From: Octopus vulgaris
Taxonomy: Eukaryota
Assembly (NCBI GenBank): GCA_951406725.2
Contig: OX597836.1
Coordinates: forward strand, 3,534,001-3,598,000
Reading direction: 5' to 3'
DNA: 64,000 nucleotides
This document shows positions 27,963 to 43,377 of this stretch, one piece after another (the first letter of the stretch is position 1; every line of letters starts with the position of its first letter). The notes under the pieces are model-generated. The model was not told where the DNA came from. It saw only the letters and a program-made list of their open reading frames with translations, and did not search any database. The position numbers and the translations under genes are program-made.

Positions 27963-29190
27963 TCTTTCGAAATCCGCATTTTGTTCGTCACACATTCACT
28001 TGTACAGGTCGAACTATGTAAAACATTAGAGAAAGAATCCGAGCTGTTTCTTGTTATAAACTCCTTTAGAGCAAACTTCTTTTCATGGCCTCTTAAAATG
28101 CTACCGTAGATTCTTAATTTACTTTTCTGTTTGCGGTGCACCAGCATGGCCACAGCTCGTGAGCTGAAACTAGATGAAAAATATTAAAAAATAAACCACC
28201 AGAATCTTACATGGACAAACAAGGGTCATATTGACACCAGTTGAGAACCAAATTGAGTATTATTTTAGTAATTTTAATGTGATTTCTTTTGTGCCGTAAT
28301 CCAATTATTATTGCAGTGGTGCTACCCCCTTTCCTTGTTGTCCTAAGCACGTGCTTATTTTGCTGAATGTTTAATCCAACACCGGGTTCTACTACTACCA
28401 CGCCACTACACCATAAGTGCAACAAACACCTCAACATCACATCTTTAACACCACCACAATCGCAACTAGTAACCGCTACCAATATCACTAACACCTCAAC
28501 CACATCACACCACTGCCGCCGCCATCAACGGTACCTATAGTAAAACCAAAACCAACAACAACAACAGAACTATATTCGGTGCGTGTGCGCGTTTCCTAAA
28601 GCTACCAGTTCAATTCATCATCGAACTTCCGGTGTTCATCTTTCTTTCTGTGACATCAAAAGACATCAGAAAAGCCACCATCTCCGCCGCCGCCGTTACC
28701 ACCACCAATACCCACCACCGCCGCCCTCATCATCGTCGCCTCCATCATCGCCACTCTCATCACCATCACCTATCCACAATGCTATCGTCACCAGCAACAA
28801 ACATAGCTAACACATCAACTCGTATCAACGCCATCGTTGTCATCGTCAGCGTAACTACAAACGTACGTATAACAACCAGAAACAATGCCGTCGGAAGCGC
28901 TACCACCACAACCACCACAACCACAAGCATCACAATCAATATGATCGTACACCGCGCCTACTATCATCAACATTATTATCAACACTACCATCATCTTCAT
29001 CATCACCATAAACACACCAACCAACGTTGCTAAATTACTGCCGCTGCCACCACCAGCACAAATACATCCTCACTACATTACAACAGAAGTCCTCTCCGGG
29101 TTTTGAAACAGAATTCACAAAAGCAAAACTGATGATTACATACATACATATGTATATATGCGTGTGTGAGTATGTGTGTGTGTGCATGTG

Positions 29191-29281
<91 letters not shown>

Positions 29282-29549
29282 ATGTGTGTGTGTGTATGTT
29301 CTGTTATTCTTTTATTTGTTTCAGTCATTTGACTGCGGCCATTTAATATTTCGGGACTTTAATAAAAGACATCGACCACCAGAACTTATTCTTTGTAAGC
29401 CTCGTACTTATTTCATCGTTCGCTATTGCCGAACCGCTAATTTACGGGGACGTAAGCATACAAACCCCGATTGTCAAGCGCTGTTGAGTGGATAAACACA
29501 GACAGAAAAACACATACACATACATACATACATACATACATACATACAT

Positions 29550-29647
<98 letters not shown>

Positions 29648-29817
29648 CGGGCTTCTTTGATCACAAGCAGAAGTAGTGGGGGATCATAGCCATGTGTTCA
29701 GAGGAACTCTTTGTTTGGGGTTGAATATTTCACCTCTGGAAACATGGGTGTTTTGTTCATCATCCTTAAACAAATTTTATTCGGGGACCTCATGAGCTGG
29801 ATGGGCTAATCGACCCG

Positions 29818-30322
29818 AACTTAAAGACAGACGAAATGCCGCTAAGCATTTTGCCCGGCGTGCTAACGATTCTGCCAGCTCGCCACCTTAAATAATGATC
29901 CTTTCTACTATAGGCACAAGGCCTGAAATTTGGGGGAGGGGGATAGTTAATTACACCGACCCCAGTGTTTCATCGGTACTTAATTTATCGACCCCGAAAG
30001 GATGAAAGGCAAAGTCGACCTCGGCGGAATTTGAACTTAGAACGGAAAGACAGTTGAAATAATTTTACCCGGCGTACTAAACGAATCTGCCAGCTCACCG
30101 CCTTAAATAGTAATAATGATAATTAATATTTCAAATTTTTGTCACAAGGGCAGCTTGGCGGAGGTGGGGCTGGATCGATTACGTCGAACCCCAGTGTTCA
30201 ACTGGTACGTATTTCATCGACCCTCGAAATGATGAAAGGCAAAATCGACCGCGGCGGAATTTGAACTCGGAAGGTAAAGACGGACGAAATGCCGCTCAGC
30301 AAACTATTCGGCCAGCTCGACC
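29818..30322 (-). mobile_element. SINE family B, three adjacent units
   Basis: Repeated gaccccgaaaggatgaaaggcaaagtcgacctcggcggaatttgaact..gccagctc. Confidence 0.85.
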
Positions 30323-30694
30323 ATTCCTTCTACCAATGCCGAAAACCAATGAAAATGGATTTGGAAGCTGTCTAAGATCCTTTCAGTAAGACATATAAAT
30401 AAATAACAGCAAATATTATGAAACAAAATAAATAATATAAAAATAAAAATAAAATAAACATGGCCGCCGTGAAATGACGTGACATTTTTATGAATGGTGG
30501 TTATATGTAAAGTGATATCATCTGATAACAACGCCATATTAATTTCATATTAATTCTTCATTCCTGCTGGTGTATTATCATCTAATGTGAAATTGATTCC
30601 GGAAATTATAAACCAGATTATGCTCTCGGTCATTAGACGGGGATATTATGCATGGATCTCTTTCTCGCCACTCACCCCCCCACCTCCCACTCTT

Positions 30695-30759
<65 letters not shown>

Positions 30760-30850
30760 CTCTCTTCCTCTCTTACTCTTTTGCTCCCACTTTCTCACTA
30801 TCTGTGTGTAAGTATATTTGCACGTGTATAATGGTATATGCGCATGTAGC

Positions 30851-30893
<43 letters not shown>

Positions 30894-30985
30894 GGATGGA
30901 TGTGTGTAAGTAAATACATGTATGTGTGTATATATATATATTACTGTCTTTCACTTTCTTTCTACGAGCACACACATACACACAA

Positions 30986-31022
<37 letters not shown>

Positions 31023-31061
31023 CATAAATAAATACATACATACATACATATATGCATACAT

Positions 31062-31100
<39 letters not shown>

Positions 31101-31558
31101 CATGCGTACATACATACATAAATGGCGATTTCTATCTCTTTCTGGCGGTGAATTTGTGAATTTGTAACTTTAACTCTTCCGAGACTATCCAACCGATCTT
31201 GTTGAAACTTGACACGTGTGGAGGTCTTATGCACTTGGAATTTAACGTGTGCGGTCACTTACGCACTTAGAATTCCCCCAAAAGTAGATAATTTTTAATC
31301 AGCATCGATTTTGTCAAAAATCAGTGGGACGTTTCAATGCAAATTCTCATATGAATGTTATTTTCTCCCAAAATTTTTTAAGTTTTCAACTGATTTTCTG
31401 GAAAATTTATACACAGATAGAATATGTGCTAAGAATGGGTTGAGATAAATGAACTGTTATCTTGGCCGCTCAAGCAAAGCGTAAGATGATCTTTGCTTAA
31501 CTGATTAACGAAATTTGGCCTAAATTGTTGTGGGATTAAAATGTTCACCAGCTATTTC

Positions 31559-31732
<174 letters not shown>

Positions 31733-31744
31733 AGATATAGATAG

Positions 31745-31799
<55 letters not shown>

Positions 31800-31877
31800 T
31801 ATATACGTATATGTATAGATGCATATGTATAAATGTATATGTACAGATGTATATGTATATATGTATATATATATATA

Positions 31878-31935
<58 letters not shown>

Positions 31936-32284
31936 CCTCAGACCCACGACAGCCTGAGGTCGATTACTTCTACCAAAGGTGGTGCTCCAACATGATTGCA
32001 GTCGCATGACTAGAACAAGTAAAACAATAAAAAGCTATGACATTTTAATCCCGAGCAACGGAATAGATGAATAGGAATAAAGTTTAAAAGCATGGCAATA
32101 GATATATGCAGTGGAAATGAAATGTAAGACCGTTAAAGGTCGAATTTTATAGATAGAAATTACTTACAGGAAATAAAGATATGTTTCTATGATATTAAAA
32201 GATGTATAACAGCTAACCGAGGCCCGGTTCTTTTCACTCCGGTCTTTTCTCTCCACCACCCCCTCTTGTTGGCTCCCTTCGTTC

Positions 32285-32320
32285 CTTTCCGAAGAAGAGC
32301 GCAGGCTCGAAACATCAAAG
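32285..32320 (+). ncRNA. Degenerate minimal hammerhead-like motif
   Basis: Reads cuuu-CCGAAGA-agagcgcaggcuc-GAAA-cauc-aaag. Helix I and II are plausible, but core U4 is C and helix III is imperfect. Confidence 0.3.
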
Positions 32321-32414
32321 ACTTTTTCCATTTTCCCCCGATCGTCAAACTACTACGCTCTGCTTGTTGCTCCCTTACCTATCTTGGTTTTTGTATAATT
32401 TTGAACCGTATTTA

Positions 32415-32524
<110 letters not shown>

Positions 32525-33036
32525 CATATATATACTTGCATACGTGTATATACATAGATATATATATATATAGAGAGAGAGAGAAAGAGAGCAAAATATA
32601 AAGATATATACATACATGCACGCATACATACGCATACATACATATAAATACATGTGTGACTGTGTGAGCATGTGCGTGCGTGTGTTAGAATGCATGTGTG
32701 TGTGTGTGAGTGCGTGTGTGTGACCGTGCAACTCTACAAAGAGAGCGCGCTATAAAGATAGAGAAGTCTTTGATGTAAATTACATATATATATACATATA
32801 TATATATATAAATGCACATATATATGTGTATACGAATACATACATATATACATATATACATACATATATATATATATATACGCATGCGAATAGATACATA
32901 CATATATACATACATGTGTGCGTGTGTGTGTGTGTGTGAATGTGTGTCTGTATGTGTATGTACACGAATACATACATACACACATACATACATACACACA
33001 TACATACATACATACATACATACATACATACATACA

Positions 33037-33070
<34 letters not shown>

Positions 33071-33305
33071 CATTATCTGTTCAATTTCCTTTTTGATTTC
33101 ATTTTCCATTTTCTTTTTCTCGTTTTTCTTTTTTTTTTTTTAACTTATCGATTATTATTTCCTTCAGATCGATCATTGGCGATCATTTAATGTTATCAGG
33201 GTAGTGAGAAGTGAAGGTAGAGTGTTATAAACTCTTTATGTTGCACCCGAAATAAAATGAAAATAACATAAACAAGTAAATATATAAAACAGAAAAAGAA
33301 ACACA

Positions 33306-33344
<39 letters not shown>

Positions 33345-33562
33345 GCGCGCATACACACACACACACACGACAACAAAATCAAACGAAGCTACTCTGATGA
33401 TCTAATGTCGTTTCATGAGTCAAATATCAATCTCTGTTTTTCTACTTGAAGTTTTATAATTAACCGTACATACGCACGCACGCACACGCACACGCTCATA
33501 CTACCACCATCACCATCACCACCGCTACCAACACTTAGTGTGTGTGCGCGTGTGTGTGTGTA

Positions 33563-33751
33563 AGCGCGGGCGTGGCTGTGTGGTAAGTAGCTTGCTTACA
33601 AACCACATGATTCCGGGTTCAGTCCCACTGCGTGGCACCTTGGGCAAGCGTCTTCTACTATAGCCTCGGGCCGACCAAAGCCTTGTGAGTGGATTTGGTA
33701 GCCGAAAACTGAAAGAAGCCTGTCGTATATATGTGTACACACACACAACAT

Positions 33752-33790
<39 letters not shown>

Positions 33791-34032
33791 CAAAAATATA
33801 TACATATACAATGGCACAAACATATACGCACACGCATGTCTGTGTTTGTCTCTCCCACCATTGTCTGACAACCGATGTTGGTGTGTTCACGTCCCCGTAA
33901 ATTAGCGGTTCGGCAAAAGGGGCCGATAGAATAAGTACTAGGTGTACAAAGAATAAGTCCTGGGGTCGATTTGTTCGACTAAAGGCAGTGCTCCAGCATG
34001 GCCGCAGGCAAATGACTGAAACAAGTAAAAGA
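33563..34032 (+). mobile_element. SINE family A, full length (tRNA-like head, CORE-like ccttgggcaagtg, internal microsatellite, 3' module)
   Basis: A-box tggctgtgtgg, B-box ggttcagtccc; 3' module gcttgacaaccgatg..gcggttcggcaaaag..ccagcatggccgcag..actgaaacaagtaaaaga. Confidence 0.85.
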
Positions 34033-34082
34033 ATAAAATAATATACATTTATATTCATAAATGAATGTGCGTATATGTATAT

Positions 34083-34144
<62 letters not shown>

Positions 34145-34185
34145 GCATGTATATATACATAAATAATTGTGTTTGTGTGTATATG

Positions 34186-34220
<35 letters not shown>

Positions 34221-34290
34221 ATGTATGTATATATAATGTGTGTGTGTGTGTATGTATGTATATATACATACATAATTGTGTCTGTGTGTA

Positions 34291-34343
<53 letters not shown>

Positions 34344-34370
34344 GTATATATATACACATATATATTTATG

Positions 34371-34401
<31 letters not shown>

Positions 34402-34537
34402 ATGTGTGTGTATATGTGTGTATGTATGTATGTATATACTACAGAAAATGTTGCTACATCTAAAGAGGCAAAGCTCTAACACAGATGCGGACATCAAAAG
34501 TGAAAACTGACAGCCTCTACAATTACTTATAGCAACA

Positions 34538-34775
34538 GTGTTAAGATGTAATTGTACAGATCCAATAACACGGTCTGTAAATGGAAAATTTGCAGCCAGT
34601 TCCATCATAAAACCTATAAACTTGTCATTAAAGAACGGTTCCAACTTCAAAACTTGTATTGGCCTAAAGGCAAACCCTTTCAAACTCGTATATAACCAAC
34701 ATAAATACACATTCACGCATCTTGCCAGAAAATTGATGCAGATGTGGCTGAGTATACTTGGAATTTCAAGATTAC
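34538..34775 (+). mobile_element. Penelope-like GIY-YIG fragment
   Basis: CNCTDPITRSVNGKFAASSII..KTCIGLKANPFKLVYNQHKYTF, then frameshifted VAEYTWNFK; matches the PLE pattern CNCR..CP..G.C....IIY..YIG.T...FK.RY..HK..F..LS.YIW..K. Confidence 0.65.
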
Positions 34776-35197
34776 GAATAATTTATATTTTTACCTTTTA
34801 TATATGTATGTATATATATATATATATATATAATGTATGTATGTATGTATGTATGTATGTATGTATGTATGTATGTATGTATGTATGTATGTATGTATGC
34901 ATGTATGTATGTATATGTATATGTATATATATATATATTGTCTTCTAGTTGTTTTGGTCGTTAGACTGCGGCCTTACCGGGGCCGCTAAGTTACGGGGAC
35001 GTAAACAAACCTACACTTGTTGGCAATAAGAGATGGGGACAAACAGATACAAATACATACACGCACACATACATACACATATTCATACATACATATCAAA
35101 AGATGTTATAATACTATTCCACATATACAAAAACAGCCATACCAACAATCCAACATCAGCTCCACACACGGATATTATTATGGTTCCGACACCTGAT

Positions 35198-35278
<81 letters not shown>

Positions 35279-35297
35279 TATGTATATATGTATATAC

Positions 35298-35685
35298 AGG
35301 AGTGGCTGTGTGGTAAGTAGCTTGCTAACCAACCACATGGTTCCGGGTTCAGTCCCACTGCGTGGCATCTTGGGCAAGTGTCTTCTGCTATAGCCCCGGG
35401 CCGAACAATGCCTTGTGAGTGGATTTGGTAGACGGAAACTGAAAGAAGCTAGTCGTATATATGTATATATATGTGTGTGTGTGTGTGTGTGTTTGTCCCA
35501 CTAGCATTGCTTGACAACCGATCCTGGTGTGTTTACGTCCCCGTCACTTAGCGGTTCGGCAAAAGAGACCGATAGAATAAGTACTGGACTTACAAAGAAT
35601 AAGTCCCGGGGTCGATTTGCACGACTAAAGGCGGTGCTCCAGCATGGCCGCAGTCAAATGACTGAAACAAGTAAAAGAGTAAAAG
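35298..35685 (+). mobile_element. SINE family A, full length
   Basis: Same head, body and tail as 33563-34032. Confidence 0.85.
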
Positions 35686-35726
35686 AGTATATATATATAT
35701 ATATATGCTCATGCATACATCTATAT

Positions 35727-35883
35727 GATAGGCTTCTTTCAGTTTCCGTCTATCAAATCCATTCACAAGGTTTTGGTCAGCCCCCGGGCTATAGTAAAAA
35801 ACGCTTACCCAAGGTGCTACTCAGTGGGACTGAACCTGGAACCATGTGGTTGGTAAGCAAGCTACTTACCACACAGCCGCGCC
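35727..35883 (-). mobile_element. SINE family A, 5' half
   Basis: Reverse complement of the family A head and body. Confidence 0.8.
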
Positions 35884-36225
35884 TGAGCCTGTATATTGAG
35901 AAATTTTGAGAACACACACACACACACAAGTCCATTCGACAGAACGAAGACCAAAACAAGCAGGTCATATACTGCTGCCACCACAACAATACCGCTTTCA
36001 AATGGGCACCGCATTTGGTGTAAAGAAATAGGGAAGACCAATAACTACATGATGCAGAACATTCATAAGTGATGGGAGAGAGACCACTATCACATGACCT
36101 GTTGCAGGGAAAACTGCAGCCAACGTATTTTGACGTGTATAAAGAACCCTCGTGGGTAAGGAACCCCGCTAATTTGGAGATTTGAGGTACGCAGACTTAA
36201 GTAATTTATTAATAGTTATAATGCT

Positions 36226-36675
36226 AAGGCGGCGAGCTGGCAGAAACGTTAGCATGCCGGGCGAAATTCTTAGCGGTATTTCGTCTGCCGCTACGTTCTG
36301 AATTCAAATCCCGCCGAAGTCGACTTTGCCTTTCATCCTTTCGGGGTCGATTAAATAAGTACCATAATCTTAATTCGTTTGTCTGTCGTTGTTTGTCCTC
36401 TCTGTGTTTAGCCCCTTGTGGGTAGTAAAGAAATAGGTATTTCGTCTGCCACTACGTTCTGAGTTCAAATTCCGCCGAGGTCGACTTTGCCTTTCATACT
36501 TTGGGGGTCGATAAATTAAGTACCAGTTGCGTACTGTGGTCGATATAATCGACTTAACCCATTTGTCTGTCCTTGTTTGTCCTCTTTGTGTTTAGCCCCT
36601 TGTGGGTAGTAAAGAAATTGGTATTTCGTCTGTTTTTGCATTTTGAGTTCAAATTCCACCGAGGACGACTTTTCC
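36226..36675 (+). mobile_element. SINE family B (tRNA-like head + Meta/MESC-like cctttcatcctttcggggtcgataaa..gtaccag), tandem array
   Basis: aaggcggcgagctggcagaaacgttagc.. followed by two head-truncated units starting ggtatttcgtctg. Confidence 0.85.
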
Positions 36676-37557
36676 TTATTCCGGTCAACCAAAGATATTT
36701 CTGCATTGGCTTTAAATATTTCTGTAAAAACCAAACCCTTTATTTATAACTCTTGTAACAATCTGATGATACGCAGACAGTTACTTTCCACAGAGACGAT
36801 TCAGTTTAATTTATAAGATGTGTGTGTGTCTGTGTGTCTGTGTGTGTAGAACAAGAAAAACCTGCGCCTCAAACAAGCAAAAATTAACCTGTCGTATATG
36901 GTTCCATCGCGGTTATGTCCCTCTACACCCAACCTCTACCATCGTTGCTCTCTTCTCTTTCTCTCTGATTTCCTTCCCCGACAGGAACATAAAATGAAAC
37001 TTCTCAAAGCAATGAGGTCGATGAATGCTGGAAAACCAATAAAAAAGAAACACAACCAGTTTACCCGGACAATAAGAAAAATCACAAACGTTTCGGACGA
37101 AATCTGACTCATCGCTTTCTGGTTTCTTCTTCTGTTCCTGTCCTTTTCCTTCAATAAATTATATGACCACGGCATAAACTGATATTTGTCTTAAATTCCG
37201 GGGATGAGATTGGGTTTTATGATTCCTTTTTATTCGTTGCTAGAATTATTGTTTTTTATTGAACGGCTGCGTGTCTTAATATTGGCAAATTACCTCTGAT
37301 ACTTATCGCTTCACATTGCCAATGTCACTGAGTTGACAGCAGGGGAAGCGTATATGCGGCTTTATATATGTGTGTGTGTGTGTATGTGTGTATGTGTGTG
37401 TGTGTGTGTCTGCGTGCGTGTTTCAGTGATTGTGTGCGTATGTATAAGAGTCGTATGTACTAAGGCTGTGTATATATGTCAGGATATTTATATATACACT
37501 CGTACATAAGTTTATATACATACATACGTATATATATATGTGTGTGTGTAAGTATGC

Positions 37558-37615
<58 letters not shown>

Positions 37616-37628
37616 GTATATATATGTG

Positions 37629-37661
<33 letters not shown>

Positions 37662-39036
37662 ATAGCAAGATATATATATACACACACATACAAATGTAAA
37701 TGCGTGTGCATTTATGTACATATATGTATATATATATATATATATGCATACAAACATATACACACATGAAACCAGAAATATATTTATACATATGTATACA
37801 TATATATATAGGTATATGCATACGTGTGTGTGTGTGCGTACGTGTGCGTGTGTGCACAGGCGCGTCGTTGTGTGTGTTATTTACTGTACAATTTCTCCAT
37901 AACTTTTCCTAAACTCAATTATCACAATTCAGTGTTGCAAAACTTACTTCCGCCATTTAATCGCAGACAATACAAATCTTTATTTCTGAACATGTATGAG
38001 TGTGCGTGCGTGTTTGTACATGTGTACGTGTGTGTGTAGGTTTGTATGCGTGTATATGAGTGTGTCTTTTCTCGATGTTATTTTTGTGTGTGTATGTATG
38101 TGTTTGTGTTGATGTTTTGTACGTATTACACTGTTTTAGTTTCTTTACAACCGTTTCTGTTTTTGTTGTTTGTGTGTCAGAAACTATTGTATGAATTGTA
38201 CGTGTTTGCCTTTTCTATGTATTTGCGTACGACGTGTGACTTATGAAAATTTGGTGTATGTATACACGCATATTTGTTTGTGTGTGTATGTGTTAATAAC
38301 TGTGTGTAAATTTACAGATGCGTGATTTTTTACGCTACTGTGTGTGTATAAATGTATTTATGCATGATCTGTGTTTATATGCAAACATGTGTGTCTATGT
38401 GTATGCTTTCTATGCTTTGTAATTACGTTGTAATTGTGTCACCATATATACCTCTCTGTTTGTTTTGGTATTTATATGTATGAATATGTACTTGTGTGTG
38501 GGGAGTGTATGCCAGCATCTGTATATGTGTATATGTACTATGTTTGTATATATATATATGTGTGTGTGTGAGTGCTTATGCGTATACGCATGTCTATGCG
38601 CATGTATAAACATTTATAAGTCTATGAATAAATATTTGCATGCATATATAAATATATATATGCATGAATATATGTACATGTGTATATATATATATATACA
38701 TACACGTATAATGTATATACATATACAAATATTCATATACACATAGATATATATACATACATATATATACATATATATATACATACACATACAAATACAC
38801 ATGCATATATATATATACATACATATATCCATATATATACATACTTATATGCATACATAAATTTATATACATGCATATATACATAAATATATACATGTAT
38901 ATATATACATATATATATGAATATATATACATACATCATATATATATACATATATAAACACACATACTTATATACATATATGCACATACATATACATATA
39001 TATATACATACATACATACATATACATATATATATA

Positions 39037-39172
<136 letters not shown>

Positions 39173-39413
39173 CAAATGTTTGTGCATGTTTGTGTATGCA
39201 TGAGTACCTGTAAATGTGTACGTATGTCTATAAATGTGTTTTCTCCGTGGTTTTCTCCGTGGTTTTTCCGTCCATTCTTTTGTCTCAAAAATCATTCGTC
39301 TTCTTGCTTTCCTGACTTTTTGGTGAAATATTTAAAATTTTGACGTTTCTTTAATCAATTCGTCTTTTCTTGTTTCTTCCTGCTTTCGCTTGTGTATATG
39401 CGAGAGAGTCTAC

Positions 39414-39451
<38 letters not shown>

Positions 39452-39570
39452 ATCTGTGTCTGTATATAACACTTTTTCATACAAACTAACACACTCACAC
39501 GCACACACATACATACATTCACATGTACATATATCCATTCATACATACATGTACATACATATACATACAC

Positions 39571-39671
<101 letters not shown>

Positions 39672-39996
39672 ATATGTATATATATGTTGCTATGCGTATT
39701 TGTATAAATGCATGGATATATGCACTTGTGAATGAATGTATGTATGTATAACATTTCTTAAAAGCTGACTATTTGTGTGTTCTATTCAAGTAGCGTGAAG
39801 AAACCAATCTCCCACGCTAAGATTTGAATAAACTCAATTCCACTCTTCTCTGCTCTACGCCACTCCACTCGCTGTCCTCGACTTCAACTCGAGGCTACAG
39901 TATGTTGTTCATCGGAATTTTTGTGACTTCCGTCTTGAACCAACAACACTGTTTACCAGGGTGTCTGTACGAAACACCACTCGTATAGATTGTTGG

Positions 39997-40270
39997 GGTA
40001 CGTGGCTTAGTGGTTGGAGTATTAGACTGATGGTCGTAAGATTATGATTTCGATTCCATGACCGGGTGACGCGTTGCATTCTTGAGCAAAACACTTCATT
40101 TCACGTCGCTCCCGTCCACTCAGCTGGGAAAAATTATTAATCTCGCGAGACAAACCGACGTCCCGTCCAGCTAGGGAATTTATACGCCGCTGAAAACGGG
40201 AAACAGTTCATGGAAACTGGGTGACCGACCCTTATGGATCAGAATGACTTGAGAATGTAACTTTACTTGA
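39997..40270 (+). mobile_element. SINE family C-related
   Basis: cgtggcttagtggttggagt..ttcgattcc..cttgagcaaaacacttcatttcacg..ccactcagctggg. Confidence 0.7.
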
Positions 40271-40573
40271 CCTTACTCATGCAGATGGCCGTTGGCACCT
40301 ATGAGCTCATCCGGCCCTCGAGAGGTCTTGCTTTTGAGTTGTTGTTTTCTTTTTGTCCTGCAGCAGCGTTTCCATAAGACTCTCCTCGGCTAGCAATCCA
40401 GGTGCGCGAATCGGTTTCGTCGCCAACCAAAGACAATGAAAATATATCCTCCCTACTCAAGCATACTCAGTATCTTCTCATTTTTGTGTAACCAATGTAC
40501 GCACTTCAGTACATCATATATATAAGTGGGTATATAAAAATACACATACACGCATATATACAACCATATATAT

Positions 40574-40611
<38 letters not shown>

Positions 40612-40943
40612 CGGGCTTCTTTCAGTTTCCATCTACTCACAAGGCTTTGGTCGTCCCGAGGCTATAGTAGAAAACACTTGCCAAAGGTGCCACGCAGTGA
40701 GACTGAACCCGGAACCATGTAGTTGGAAAGCAAGCTTCTTACCACACAGCCACTCCTGTGCCATATATATATATATATATATATATTGGCTTTAGTTATT
40801 GACTAAGGCCAGGCTGGAGCACCGCCTTTGAGAATAATTTTAGTCAAACAAACTGAGACACCAGTATTTTCCTTTTTTAAAAGTCTAGTACTAATTCTAT
40901 CGGTTCATTTGCCGAACCACTAAGCACTAAGTTAGAGGAACGT

Positions 40944-40950
<7 letters not shown>
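40612..40950 (-). mobile_element. SINE family A pieces (a 5' half followed by a 3' module)
   Basis: acgggcttctttcag..accacacagccactcctgtgcc; ggctggagcaccgcc..gccgaaccactaag. Confidence 0.7.
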
Positions 40951-40981
<31 letters not shown>

Positions 40982-41403
40982 CGTTGGGTACATTTCTTTC
41001 TTTTGTCAAGACAAACAACGGTGTGTATACCTATATGTCACTCGTATAATACTGGTTGTATGTGCATGTGTATGCATGCGTGTATCTCACACCGTATCAG
41101 TGTCTCTTCCAATTCTCATTCTTCCGTTAATAACGACATCTTTATTTTCTTCGCATTTTGTTCTCTCATAACTTTATATTGCAATGTATTCGGTTTTTAT
41201 TGTTGTTGCTGTTGTCGTTGTCGTTGCTATTGTGTATAAAGTTATTGTCCTTGCTTGTGTTTTTCTCGCTATGCACAAACATATGTTAGAGTGTATACAT
41301 ATATATATATACATGTGTGTGTACATATATATATTTGTAAATGCATATATATCTATATATCTATAAATATATGTATATATATATAAAAATATATATATAT
41401 GTG

Positions 41404-41448
<45 letters not shown>

Positions 41449-41450
41449 AC

Positions 41451-41481
<31 letters not shown>

Positions 41482-41550
41482 TGTATATATATATGTGTGT
41501 GTATATATATATACATATATGTATCATTTGTTGCTGCTCCGCTCTCCCTC

Positions 41551-41606
<56 letters not shown>

Positions 41607-42223
41607 CTCTATGTCTTAGTTCCTCTTTTTCTATACATTGTCTCTATTTCTATGTATGTCCTGTTTTAGAAATATGTGTATGTATACATACATACATACA
41701 TACATATATATGTGTGTATGAGTGTCTGTGTGTATGTATTTGAATGTGTGTGAGAGCGTATATATATATATATACACACACACATTCCTATATACTTGCA
41801 TACGTGTGTACCATATGTACATACACTCACGTGCATAATATGCAAGCATATAACACACAAACATACATACATACAAATACACGCAAATAGATATACACAA
41901 ACATGCATACAAAAATCTATACGTAGCCTAAACCCACATATACACACATACACACACGTATATACACAGTTACCAATAAATTGATAACATTGAATAGAAT
42001 AAACCTGTCCGAAATTAGCCCCCCTCCCCCCGCTACATGGCTGCTGGCTGCATTATTGAACGCACATGTCTACTGGCTACAAAGATGAACACAATCAGTC
42101 TATTGGCTGTCGTCCAATATTAGATGAATGCTCTCTAATCAAGCGTAATGAAACCCTCTTCCCCAACCCCCGTTCCCTCTCTCTCACACACACACACACA
42201 CTCGCGCTTGCATTGCGGGAAGG

Positions 42224-42274
<51 letters not shown>

Positions 42275-42315
42275 CACATATATATATATATATATACATA
42301 CATATATATATATAT

Positions 42316-42358
<43 letters not shown>

Positions 42359-42575
42359 CATAGAAATATATTCATATATATGTATATATATATACATATA
42401 GATATATGTACATATATATGTATGTATGTATATATATATATTTTGCATTTGTGTGTGCGTGTGTGTAAACGTGTATATGTATATAAGTATATGCGTCTGT
42501 CTTTGTATGTATGCATGTACATGTATGTTTATATAAATATATATATAATATATATTATATATAGATGGTATATAT

Positions 42576-42622
<47 letters not shown>

Positions 42623-42629
42623 GAGAGAG

Positions 42630-42671
<42 letters not shown>

Positions 42672-43317
42672 TAGATACATATATACATGCATACATATAT
42701 ACACATACATACAGGATAGAGATATCTAATCACACATATACATGTGGACACATACGCACACATACATACATACACACATACATACACACATACGTACATA
42801 CATACATACATGCATGCATACATACATACATACATACATACATACATACATACATACATACATACATACATACATAATCATATATATACATACAAACATA
42901 CATATAGACAGACAAACAGACTTACAGACAGTCAGAAATATCGATAGATATATAATCATACATATATATATACATATATACCCATACATATAGACACACA
43001 CACACAAACACACGCTCACACACAAATATATATATAAACACACACACATATACATAAATACATATATATATATACACCCACTTTTGCACGCGCACACACC
43101 CACGATTTTACTCGTTTACTTAAACGGAAGAAATAGAGCCGAATGCATTGAGTGCTCGCTTCTATTATTGTATTGTAACCGAGCAACAACATCAGTGACT
43201 CAAAGCCTGTAACTAACGTGAAAACATTCTCATCAACTGTGCCCCTCCAAACATTGATCTACCTTTAATGCATATTAATGCGTATGTATGTATGTCTGTT
43301 TATATATATATACATAC

Positions 43318-43377
<60 letters not shown>

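Noticed and set aside
31120-31550. Helitron-like non-autonomous remnant (aaccgatcttgttgaaacttgacac)
   Set aside because: Only a vague motif resemblance; no intact 3' hairpin and CTAG terminus found.
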